DNA of 64,000 bases from Marsupella aquatica (lineage: Eukaryota; Plantae; Marchantiophyta): the NCBI GenBank assembly GCA_973895155.1, contig OZ316894.1:19382805-19446804 (forward strand), given 5' to 3'. A program made the translations under genes and the position numbers. The notes beneath the pieces were generated by a model. That model had not been told where the DNA came from. It saw nothing but the letters and a program-made list of their open reading frames with translations, and ran no database searches. Below, piece after piece: positions 1 through 12,100 of this stretch. Positions within the stretch are counted from its first letter, which is position 1. The number at the start of each line of letters is the position of its first letter.

Positions 1-175
1 TATAAATATATGGTTGAGATTGAGAGGTGCAAAGGAAGAAATATAAGTTCCTGCTTCAATTGGTTCTCTACATTGCCCCTCCTTCAAAAATGTTGCAAGG
101 GACTTGTAGCTGGGATCTCCTTGGCCCCTGGTTGTCTACTTTGTGGCCCTGATGTAATTCTCTCCCCTGGACCGG

Positions 176-510
176 AGTCCACTATGTGTTCTTCCTCATT
201 TCCATCATTGATGAGGTGAGGAGAGTCTAGTCCACTAAGTGCTCTTCCTCATTTCTTCCCTGCAATCAATGTATGTCACTATTGGGTTGCCTAAAATGAA
301 TGTATATCAAGGTGATGTGAGTCTAGGCCACTATGTGTTCTTCCTCATTTCCATCACTGATGAGGTGAGGAGAGTCTAGTCCACCATGTGTTCTTCCTCA
401 TTTCCATCACTGATGAGGCGAAGAGAGTCTAGTCCACTAAGTGCTCTTCCTCATTCCTCCCTGCAAATGAATGTATGTCACTATTGAGGTGACGAGAGGT
501 TTTCTTCATT
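176..510. repeat. Tandem array of a ~51-bp palindromic unit with longer variant units
   Basis: GAGTCTAGTCCACTATGTGTTCTTCCTCATTTCCATCA(C/T)TGATGAGGTGAGGA recurs about five times, starting near 176, 223, 320, 373 and 426. Confidence 0.85.
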
Positions 511-1338
511 TCCTTTCGAGACAAAAAGAACAAGAGTAGACCATAATATAATATTTTAATTTTGTCTTCAACTTCCCCAACCGACTTTCCTGAATTTTTG
601 GTGCTTGCCTTCTCATCGATGAAGCAAGGCTTCTACCTGGTGGAGTCGAGTTCAGCGCTGGCCCTCTTTGCTCTAGGCAATTTCAGTTCACAAAATTTGG
701 GGAAGGAATGAAGGAAGAGTGCGAAGCTCGAGGGGAAAGCCGAGCCAGGAGGACTTTCTCAGGAGCAAACATTGACAACAATGACAATGCATGCAAAACA
801 CTTGTATGGAGATGCGGCTGCCAGACGCACCAAAAAATTCACTTCGATGCTGTACAAAGTTCTTTATATTTCGACAGTGTGTCGTCGCATATTTACAAGG
901 TTTGATACAGACGTATATCGTCGCACTGTCACTATGGCACAATCCTAAAGGACATAAACTGTCTGTTTGCTGGACAGCTGACAGCCTCAGATTAGACCTT
1001 CGACGGACTGAACCGTGATGGAATTTCATATGCAACCGGTGCATTCTGCAGTGAACTAGAATATGTACACGCTATGTCGTAGGATCGCATTATGATCCGA
1101 AAGAATGTTGAGCTTAACTTGCTATGTTGCATGAATGCAACCGGTGCAATGTGCAATTTAACTAAACGATGTACACATTATCGTATGATCTCATTAAGAT
1201 CTGAAAGAATGTTGAGCTTTAACTGCTATGTTGCTTGAAAGACTCAAAGGTAATAAATGGTGCAAAACTGTATGGAGACTTTGCGCGGATTTTAGGATTC
1301 TGTCTGAAGAGGACACACTTCCGCCTCGGATCCCCAAA

Positions 1339-1881
1339 TTAATCAACTGGTTCCGCAAGACGAGTTGCAATAGCTGAATGATACCACCCATCGTGCCAAG
1401 TTTCCGACGCCCTCATACTTTTCCTTAACGCTCTGGCCTTCTCTGGTGTGAAAGCCACCTTGGAGAAACTGGGTCGTTGTCTGTCGTTCGACGTCGTGGA
1501 ATCGACGAGGTTCGGTAGCGCGACAGCGGCGGTAGTTCTCGGGGGAGCCACGCCAGGGCTGCTACTGCTACTAATCCTCTCCTCTGCCGCCTCTGTCTTC
1601 GTCGATTGCTTGTTCAGAAGCTTCGACCATTGCTCGTCCGCCGAGACGTTGAAGAGAGGCGCCCACCAGAGTTCGCCCTGCTTTTCAATTCCGGTGTCGA
1701 GGAACCTCGAGACCTCCACCTTTGGTTTCGCAACGTTGCCCTCGCTCCCCCGAGTCTTGGTGGAGTGCCCGGCCTGAGAGACGACTCGTAATGTCCTGCT
1801 CATGCGTGGCTCTACGAACTTAGGGACAGTACTTGACAAGGATATGCTTCCAACGAAGGAACTCCTCAAAGAAGTCGCCAT
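1339..1881 (-). CDS. Small conserved plant protein of unknown function (WWAPLF / FTxEKA..LR / YHSAIAxRLA family), probably plastid-targeted
   Basis: Single-exon 180-codon ORF starting at ATG 1881 (MATSLRSSF..., Ser/Arg-rich and transit-peptide-like). It contains WWAPLF and the C-terminal FTPEKARALRKSMRASETWHDGWYHSAIATRLA, which I recall from a small land-plant family (At3g15630/At1g52720-like, from memory). Confidence 0.8.
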   Translation of the reverse strand: MATSLRSSFVGSISLSSTVPKFVEPRMSRTLRVVSQAGHSTKTRGSEGNVAKPKVEVSRFLDTGIEKQGELWWAPLFNVSADEQWSKLLNKQSTKTEAAEERISSSSSPGVAPPRTTAAVALPNLVDSTTSNDRQRPSFSKVAFTPEKARALRKSMRASETWHDGWYHSAIATRLAEPVD

Positions 1882-3253
1882 CCTGGAAAAAAAATCTCCA
1901 ACACTTTGCCCTCTCAAAAAAAAGCTCTTCCTGTTCCAATCGCCAAATGTAGGAGAAGCACTAATAGTTGCAGTCTTAAAAGCTGTGTTTGAGCAGAAGT
2001 GGAGACTCCGCCTCCAAAATCAGTCCTGCGCCAAAACTGTTCCTGCGCTCCAATAACTTACTGACAATATACACCGTTGTAGGAAGGAAAATAGTCCACA
2101 CCTGCTGACCAACCACTATCTGAACCTATGTCCAGCAACTTACTGACAAGGTAGACCGTTGTACGAAGGAAAATTATCGACAGCTGCTGACCAACTACGA
2201 TCTGCGCCTAGCAGTAGGTCGTGAACGATAGACGAGAGTGAGTTGTCCGCCGGTAAAGAGAAATTGATTGAATGTGATGCGCTCTAGAATTCAGAAACGG
2301 GTCGATAGTAGGCTCCGTGCAAGAGAAATTGAATGCGGTACGTTCTGGTAGGTATAGTCTTCTTGTATGCGAGAAAGTGTCCGTTCTTCGGATGTGATAC
2401 ACTTGCTAAATATACATGTGGAAAGCCTTCAATGAGATACGTAATGCCTAGAAGTCATTCTACTCGTTCCTCTCTCCACGTTTATATTGCTTCACGCGCA
2501 ACTCGCCGCATGGGCCTGAGACCCTGAGGGCCTGACCGATTTGCCCAACTCCAATCGCAAGCTGGTTGGCAGCCCAATTAACAACACTAAAGAATTTCAG
2601 AAACTCCGTGGCAACCTTCCCGATCGCTCTCCTCGAACTACCCGACCCCACCCTCGGGACAATCGTATGCGTACCTTCGAAAAGCAACGGACCAGATCAG
2701 GAATAGTGAAGCAACGGACGTCGTGTGCAGCAGTGCAGCAGTCGGCGACCATAGAAGGGACACACGGTGGGGCCGAATCCAACCCAGCTTTCTCCAATTC
2801 CTCACACGTTCCTTCTCCTCCTCCCAAACGGAGTCAGTGAGCTGCAGCTGCTGCCACTCATGGAATGAGTTTCGTGTGCTGCGCTCCGCGGGATTCAACC
2901 GGCAGCGCGCGGAATTGCAGATCCACCCGCGGGATATGCTCCAGATCTTCGATTCCTCTATTCCTCAGGTGGCATTCGATTTCCCAAATTCGCTGTACGC
3001 TCTTGCTGCGATGGAAGAACGAGTCATGGCCGAAAATCGTGGGAACGACATCGAGAGCATCGAAAGAATCGAACGAGTGAATGAGTCACGTCCGTTAATT
3101 CGCACTCAGGTCAGCTCAAACCCAACGTCCACCGGTGTGGTTGATGACGGTTCCAATCGACGGTCTCCGGGGGAAGATTCGGCACGACGAGACGCTCTGA
3201 CCGTCGATGGATCTGAAACCCGCAAATTGCGGTTCGAGGAAAGACCGGTGTGA

Positions 3254-6200
3254 TCCACTACAGAGTGTAGTGCTATGCGAAACAAATAATCACTAATAGA
3301 ATTTTGGATTTGATAGACAAAATATTTTAGAATACTTGTGATGGAAATATGATGCTCCCATGAACCACAAGGTTTGGTCTTTGAAAATCTCATGGATCAG
3401 ATATCACAAAATTTGAGTTTAATTGTAATGACTTGATGTTCATAAATCTAAAAAAAATTAACATTGAGTATATGCTATAGGAGTAGGTAAGCTACACTTC
3501 CATCAAAGTACTTCCATCAAAGTGAAAGTGAACTTTTAACCATTTTGATTGAGTTAATTAGTCATAATGCAATATAGGAGGGGAAAAATGTTATTAGATT
3601 AATTTTCATAAGACTTGTGTTTTTTTTTGTATCCTCCTTCTCTAGTTGCCTTGCAGGTGAAAAACTAAAAATTATCTTAAGACTCATAATCTTCAAGTTA
3701 TAACCCCAAAACTCCCATGGACCACCAAAATGTAGTCCACGGGAGCATTGTGTCCAACATGGAGGTCTATCCGGGCTTCACTTTCCTTGTGATGCAATAC
3801 TGTAGTGCCATCAGCAAACAAATAATCATTAAGAAAATTCTGGATTTGATGGACAAATTGTTTTTAGAGTACTTGTGAAACCTTGAAACAATAGGGCCTC
3901 TCAAACCTGCAGTTTCCTGGTTTCTTCCTCAGCTATTGTTGGAAATTTTAGTTCACTATCCTGACCAATAGCCAACTTTTGGCCAGACTTTACCCATGGG
4001 GTTTTCAGTTTGAGATGTGTTGCACAACCCACATGCATTTAACTAAACTTAGTCGAACTTTGAGTAAAAACACAACGCTTGGATGGACAAAATCCAAAAT
4101 GAAGTTGCTCACAAGGATAGCATACAATCAAGGTGGATGCAAGTTATTTGTTGTCAGGATAAGAACATTGACGGCATAAGAATTTTGGATCTGACAAACA
4201 CAATATTTTTGAGTACTTGTCAAACTTTGGAACAATAGGTGTCTCCCGGTTTCTTGTGGTTAGTCATTGGTGGCACTTTTTGTTTGCGGCCCTGACCTAA
4301 AGCCCAACTTTGGGGCAAACTTTACCCATGGGGTTTAGTTTGAGATGGGTTGCAAGACCCACCTGCAGGTTAACTCAACATCATCAAACTTGAAAAGTTC
4401 AGTCACTTTTTTAAGGGCACAATCTCATTTATGCGGATCATTGATTCAAAGTGCTGATGCCAGTGCACTGACTGCAGAGTTAGTGGTGGTGGTAGAACTC
4501 TTTGGGAACCTGAAATATTGACCCTCGACGTGGCCTGTAGAATTCTGGTCATGTAAATAGCTAGTTTGAGCCCCCCTCAAATGGATTGCCACTATGTTTG
4601 GATAGGTGTTTCTCCACATAAGCAAGTAAACCTCAGACAAAGCAGTTTGAATGGAACTTGAATATTCAAGAGACCATTGAAGTTCATATGAAATATTGAC
4701 ATGTGTCAAATGCAGTTTGTACACATCACTCATAGCGATGCCCCCACCCCCCACCCAACTCCCATAATTCACATATATTGATGGTATCTATCTTGGGAGT
4801 AAAAAACAAATTTGAATGTAAAAAAATCCAAAATGAAATTGCCCACAAGGATCACATACATTCTAAGTGGATGCAAGTGATTTGTTGTTGGGACAAGAAT
4901 CTTGTCAGCATAAAAAAATTGGATCTGATGGACACAATAGCTTAGAGTACTTGTGAAAACCAGTTGAAACGATATATATGACACTACCAAAAAGACAGAC
5001 ACACCAAACCCGGAGACATGGTCCCAAAGGCGAAAGAACCCAATAAAGGGGGAAGGAAAACAATAGGTTGTCTTAAACCTGCAGCTTCCTGGTGTCTTGT
5101 AGTCAGCCATTGCAGGCACTTTTTGTTTGCCACCCTGACTCAAAGCCAACTTTGGGGCAAACTTAACCCATGGGGTTTTCAGTTTGAGATGGGTTGCAAT
5201 ACCCACCTGCATTTTAAGTCAACATCATCAAACCTGAAAAGTTCAGTCATTTTGGGGCATGGATGCATGGATGCATTTGTGCAGATTGATTAAAGTGCTG
5301 ATGCCGGTGCACTGACCGCTGAGTTAGTGGGTAGGAGTTTTGGGGAACCTGAACTTGACCAAGCGTGCAAATTTCTGGTCATGTAGACACTCCATGGAAC
5401 AGCTAATTTGAGCCACTCAAATGGAGTCAGTACCACTATGTTTGGATAGGTGTTTCTCCACATAAACAGCAATAGCTCGGAGGCCCTGCCGAGAATGACA
5501 CATCAAAATGTGGTAATATTTAAGGTGTGCACTCACTGATTTAAAGAAAATGATGCAATTTATCATAGTATGGAGTGAAGTCTACATGGTATATGTCTAC
5601 TGACTCGTGTCAAATGTAGTTTGTACACAGCACTCAAGGAGATCCCCCCTCCACCAACTCACACAAGATACATGTGAATTGATGGTATATGTCTTGGGTC
5701 TTAAAAACAATGTGAATGTGACAAATCCAAAATAAAGTTGCCGGCAAGGATGAACACGTATTGTCTAGGTAAAATGCAAAGAGATTTTACTTGTTGTTGA
5801 GATAAGAATCTTGACTCCCCCTTCCAATTTCTTCCCCTCAAAACAATGTCAATGTGACAAAATCCAAAATGAAGTTGCCAACACATACAGGGATGCAAGT
5901 GACTTTTACTTGTTGTTGACATAAGAATCTTGACTCCCCCTTCCCTCTCTTCCCCTCAAAGCAATGTCAATGTGACAAAATCCAAAATGAAGTTGCCAAC
6001 AAGGATAAACACGTACACTCTAGGCGAGGTGCAAGTAATTTTTATTTGTTGTTGGGATATTAATTGTCTTGATTCTCCCTTCCCCTCAAAACATTGTGAA
6101 TTGAAAAACATTCAAATGAAGTTTGGCAACAAGGATATCATACAGTTTATATGGTATGCACTCTGGGCCCGCATTCCTAGTAAACTAAGTGAACCCCCCT

Positions 6201-6860
6201 GGGAACCCCCCTGTAATCCAACCCCCACCTAGTACCCTTGTTAACAAGATTTATCTAAAAACGTTCCCCTTGTTATATTTTGTTTAGTTTTGAGCAACAC
6301 TGCTCACGCTTTCTTGATTTATAAATGAACGAGATGAAGAATTGGAAATACTCTTTGACAGTTAATACGAGACTTTTTGGACCAATACGAGATCACACAT
6401 TGACCGTATACAATGTGTTCTCTCAATGCTGTCATTCTTTGTATGCATGATGTTTTTGATTGTAACCGCATCCCTCTCTTCCCCCCAAAGCAAATGTTGT
6501 CAATGTGAGAAAATCCAAAATGAAGTTGCCAGCAAGGATAACTGACAGTCTAGGTGGGATGCTAGTGATTTGCTGTCGGGATAAGAATCTTGACTCCCCC
6601 TTCCCTTTCTCCCCCTCAGAAAGAACCTAGTGCTAAAGTTCAAATGAAGTTGCTGACAAGGATAAACGCATACAGTCTAGCAAGCCAATTTTAATTGTTA
6701 TTAGGACAACAATCACGACTCCCCCTTCCCTTTCCTCCCCTCAAAACAATGTGGATGTGCTAAAATCCAAAATGAAGTTGCTGACAAGGATAAACATCTA
6801 CAGTCTAGCAAGTGGTTTTTATTTGTTTTTAGGACAAAAATCATGACTCCTCCTTCACTC
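3254..6860. repeat. Degenerate multi-module tandem/dispersed repeat mosaic
   Basis: AAATCCAAAATGAAGTTGC...AAGGATA recurs near 4090, 4825, 5722, 5860, 5977, 6110, 6510, 6640 and 6763. TTGGATCTGATGGACA...AGTACTTGTG recurs near 3303, 3840, 4184 and 4919. CTTTACCCATGGGGTTTTCAGTTTGAGATG recurs near 3988, 4320 and 5162. Confidence 0.85.
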
Positions 6861-7739
6861 CTTCCATCTCTAAGTTTTTAAAGTGAAGTCTCTATGAGGC
6901 AAGCCGTGCAACTGACCAGTGCTACCAGCAATTATTACTTTAAGTTGACACTGTTTTGCTGAAGTAATTTTAGCCAGATGTTTGCCATATTTGCATGACA
7001 AATGACCTAGTTGTTGTTTTTATACATTCTAGTCAGCACATTTGCTCAACTGAAGACTCCACGTGAGCAAACTTGAACCAGGGAGTAAGGAATGAATAGT
7101 CCAAATCTTTTCCACACGGCCAAAGACTTATGCATCACCACATGAATTTTAATTTCATGCTTGACAAATAGCAACCATCCACTTCCCAAACATAGAAGAT
7201 TAAAATAAGTATTTCAGGAGATTCACTTATTTAAGGGGTTAACAACTTTTTAAGACTGACCAAATTTCCTTGGTTGGGGACTTGCCTCAAGTGGGAAAAT
7301 CATACACAAATATACCACATCAAACTCATTTCCAATTCTGTGGCTTGATACATAGCCACTCTAATTAAGCAAAACTACCATGTTGCCATAGCTTCAATTA
7401 TATTTGATTAGACTAATTGTGGTTACCAAGTAACTCTAGACCCAAGAGTAACTGCCTAATAATTTACACTGCTTCCTGTAAAATCCAAGGCTGTTGATTT
7501 GAACTTCTCATGGCAAAAGTGGGTTGGCAAAAGTCATGGTTTGAATTCCCTTCGGTGGGGTCTCCATACAGCCAAATGGTTGAGTTGTCCCATGTTCTTG
7601 CACTTGTGTGGACTAGTTGGATGCCATAAAGCTCAAATTAAAAATAACCAAAGACAAAGTAGTTGGCTAAGAATATTGTGCTATTACCCCGGCTATTACT
7701 CTGCATGATCACATACTAAGTGTGTGTTCTTCACATAAA

Positions 7740-8870
7740 TCTTATTGGAGCCGGCAGTACTATATGAAACTGTCAAATGCCAAACAGGGTTATAGGCTCC
7801 CAAAGGCAGGAGACACAACGAAGGGGAGCAAACAAGGGAGGACCAACTGACCATACAGCCAACAAGTCCCTCACTATTGCAAAGGAACTGAAGCTGTGCT
7901 GAATGGGGGCACACATAGGTTAGTCAGTGAGATAAATTTGTCTAGAGTCCCTAAAAACCTATAGCCTGGGCCCTCTGAAGAGTAGTGAATGTCTGACCCC
8001 ACTGCAACGAACAGGCTCTCACTGTCTAAAGAAGGCATTAAGAACAACAAGTTGGGGAAGAAGGTCCTGCTCTACACAAAAGATTGCACATACTAGCAAG
8101 AAATAGTCAAAGACAGGTGTAAAGCCCCCAAGACCTCCAATGCAAGCGGTAAGAAAATCTCCAAGGTAGCAAAGTACATAATAATTCCTCCTCCTTCAGC
8201 GGGGCTGCCTTGGTTACAACATTGCCCTGTACATGGGCAGCAACCTCAACATGGTCACCACTATAGGACTGGCAACAACCATCTCCCCTAGGGCACAAAC
8301 TCAGACCCTAGGAAACACAAGATCTACCCCTTATTTGTTACAAACACCACCCCGAGGTGGAAGCATATGTTGCAGCTCCATTGGATGACATGGAATCCTG
8401 AGTCCAGGCAATGCTGCCACCATGTCACATATGTCATTAGGTGTCACCGTCTCACTCCTGTTACCACACCTGAATATTTGACCTCCTTTTGGATCCAAAG
8501 ATGCCTCACAAACACAAGTGGGTTGGCCCAAGATGCCCCACAAACACAAGTGGGTTGGCCCAAGAGGCACAAGTGGAGTAGACAAAGTCACTAAGAAGGG
8601 GGCCCTTGCCATTGCCACATTCAGTACTTTGCATCTCTTTGGCAATTCAGATCAACCATTTCAATTTGCTTACCTCAGTCTTTATTTTATTTTATAAAGC
8701 CACATGGACTGTCTGTTTATTCCCCCTTACTCCCAATCAGCCATGGCGCAAAGCAGCGGCCAACTGAGGGATAACCCAAGACCCACACGTACCAGGGAAA
8801 CTGGGGATGCAAGGAACCGTAGCCCCACCTGCCTGGGCCCCAGGGGAGGGATTCACTAGATTTTCAAAGA
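7740..8870 (-). mobile_element. Possible highly decayed non-LTR retrotransposon (LINE) 3' remnants
   Basis: GC-richer block downstream of KATNIP with fragmentary Cys/His/Trp-rich peptides. A minus-strand segment (~8860-8680) ends in AATAAA and an A-rich tail. No intact ORF or target-site duplication was found. Confidence 0.25.
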
Positions 8871-9184
8871 CAACAATTCATTGTTTTGAGAGTCCGAATA
8901 TGATACAATCGACCAAGCAAACAAACTCTGGTAGGAAGGAACTTGAAATCCAATCCATTCATTGATTCCGCACAGTGTCTGTCATGACAGCAATCCACAG
9001 TCCATGACATCCACCTAAAGTCCAGTATGGATTCTTAGAAAAAGGGAGATTGAGGTAGTTTACAGGGATTGTACTAGGCAGCTACAAAATTGCAGGTAGA
9101 CTAACGAGACAAGTTTTTGCACAAGGGCCTTAGAACAGAGTCTTGACTCCACAAAACTCACGGCTGACGCATTGCCCCATATTC

Positions 9185-12100
9185 TCAGAGCATCCTCAGC
9201 CCACTCAACCCGGTGGGTGGCCGTTGCCGGCTCTCCAATACACAGCTGTTTGAGGGCTTTGCAAAACTTTCAACGTTTTTATCATTGATCAATATCACAT
9301 CCGTGTGTTCTCTGTCTCCTTGGAAGTAAACATGTGATTTGTGGGCTCGAAGCAGATCTTCGTCATTTGTGAAGATGATGGACTGAGAAAAGTCAACATT
9401 GCTGCTGTTCACTGCCGTAAGAGATGGAGCTTGCCTCAGACAACCTTTGTACACCAGCAGGTCATCAACATGTACCTAGACAAGCGCCAAATTGCAATGT
9501 TTTCCCAGTTCATGTGCTGTTTTTGAACGATGTGGATTAATTTTTGGCAAATTTTGATTCCTTATGGGAAATTCTGAACAAATTTCCATCTTTTCATTTC
9601 GAGGGCTATGGCTCGATCAAAGCACAGACTGACAGAATATATCCTCTAGGCATGTGGAAATAATCAGACATTGTGCAATCCACAACGTTGAGTGTCAGTG
9701 CAAAGCTTGTTTGTAAATTCTGCATATCGTGTCTCTCAAGTCCCTTCCTTGCTGCCAATGCTGAACCTTGTGATTGGCAGGAGGTCCTAAAAGGGGCATG
9801 TCATGAAGGATAGCCTTGAAATATTCAGGTGCTGTGCTTCGTAGAGTAGTCTAGTTTCTGACTACTTCCTTCAAATGAGCACATTTAAGAACTGACAAGT
9901 GTGCCAACAGAGACAGGATGGAGACTTGTGAGACTCACTTCAAACTCATAAACACCACGGGTTGGAGTTTTACTGTAGTTCCAGATGCGCACAACGGAAA
10001 GCATGATTGGCTGCTCAAATATGATATAGATCTGATTACTCTGCAGGAAGCAATCTCAATAAAAATTAGTCTCAATTTTCGACAGGCATTTACGAAACAT
10101 AAAATCATTACTTCCACATATTCGGCATTTTGGATACGCAGGAATTTTAGTTTTCTAAATAAACTCAGTAAGTACTCTCTAGGCGACATCGACAAGGTCA
10201 TAAATTACTCTTGATATAAAATCTTTGTCTTGTCACAACCATACCTTTCCTGGGTCGTAGATAGTCAGCCACATGTGTTGGTCATCCCAAGTATTATTGT
10301 CTCCATCAACCAGCTTGTCCAGAGTGCGAATGTCGGTCGCTCCAGGCAACTCACTGATGCTATTTGGAGATGCATGCAGATTGTCTCCACAACACATCTA
10401 TTGTCAAGTCTTACACCTCGTGAATGGTTTATACCAAAAACAGACGCATGCACATTTATCCCCCTGGAGTGCTCCTTCATAAACGCTAATCAGAGCTTGC
10501 TAGCTAACAGTTTACATCTCTAAGTTTTTATTTGGCGAGTCACTTATGCAGAAGTCGACTGAAACAAACTGGTGGACAGGTACCGCGTCGTCTTCGGAAC
10601 TTAACTGCTACAGTAGATGTGGCATTAGTCCCTCTCTCCAATTGTAGGGTTTAACTCTCAGATCCTGATCTTCCGTATCATGTTCATTGCAGTGAACAGC
10701 AAAATCCAAAATGGTTTTCTTGATGCGGAAGTGGTCTGATTCGGGAATAGGCAATTGTGTTATGCAGGAACATTTTTCAAAGAATCACTCATTTCCCCTT
10801 GTGAAAAGGATGAATGTCTCCCTATAGCTGATATTTGCTATAATACAGGAGTCTACTATCTGAAGAATGGTTTCCAGGCTTGTCTGAAGAGAATTCTCTT
10901 GACTAAAGGAGAGCTATGGCCGCCTAGCTAGGTTGCTGCCAATCGACCTCAAGTTTTCTTCTGGTCCGTGGAATTGAGGCTTCCAAGGCAACCATATGAA
11001 TTTGAGGGGAACAATTAAAAGGATACATTTAGTCACTGATAAAAGCCGGCCACCTTCATCGTAGAGCTCAAGGCCATTTAGACCCATGTAATGTTGGTCA
11101 CCCCATGTTGAAAGCAGCACCAGTTTCACCATGTCTGAGAAATTATAGTCAGTGAAAACAACGAAAATTGTGTATGTATAAACAATCTGTACGAAAACGA
11201 CGAAACAAGTTCTTCCTTGTGGATCCCTTGAGCATCAAGTACACACGAAGTGGATACATCCACAAGGTAACAAAGGAGTCTCAAATTCTTGGCGTAGAGA
11301 TTCGTTATGGCTACGCTTTTGGTGTGCCCTGTCCCTTAGCTCCAGCTGCAGAGAAACCTGACCAATAAGGCAGGACCATTATCAGGGTAATCGTGAATAA
11401 TATTGCATTAATGATAAACCTATATGAAATGCCTGCCAAGATGAAAATGCCAGCCAAGCAGTTCTCGATGATTGACCAAATGTGGTGGGATATGCACCAT
11501 TTCCAGTTGGCTTGAATTGTGTTGAGTGTGGTTTGGTATGGACAGAGGCAGTAAATGCCCGAAGTCAAAAATGTCCGTGCCTGGTGCTGTAGCCCACCCC
11601 AAGCCAAAGTCAGATGCTTTGAATCTCTTTCAAGCACTGAAGCCCACATCTAAACATCTTGAAAAAAATGAACTAGCATGATTTTCAACGTCATTGAGCA
11701 GCAACCTCTCCCATTAGCAGAAGTACTAATTGACACACATCATAAATTGCACTCTATGAATGAAAAAATTAAATTGGTACGCTATGCTGAGTACCTTTCC
11801 GTACAAGTTCGCCTCCAGGCGGAGAAACTTCCATATCGTCAACTAGAATTTCTAGCCATTTAACCTGTGAAGCACAAAGGCTATTTTGGTCATATACTTT
11901 CAGAACATTTTCAGCTGCCAGCTTAAGAATAGGTGAGGATATTTATCTTTATTTGGTTTCTTAATGAGATTGCAGTACAGCATACATTGATCCTTCACAT
12001 CTAGCAGTCATTCAAGGACCTCAACGGAGGTGTTCGTCAGGGGGCTTACACCACGACAAGTGTCGTCTAAATTCTTGTTGTAATTCCAAATCATAAGACC

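Noticed and set aside
350-430. CTGATGAG motifs suggesting hammerhead ribozymes/retrozymes (also at ~35106)
   Set aside because: No GAAA core follows the putative stem II, and no three-way junction could be built.
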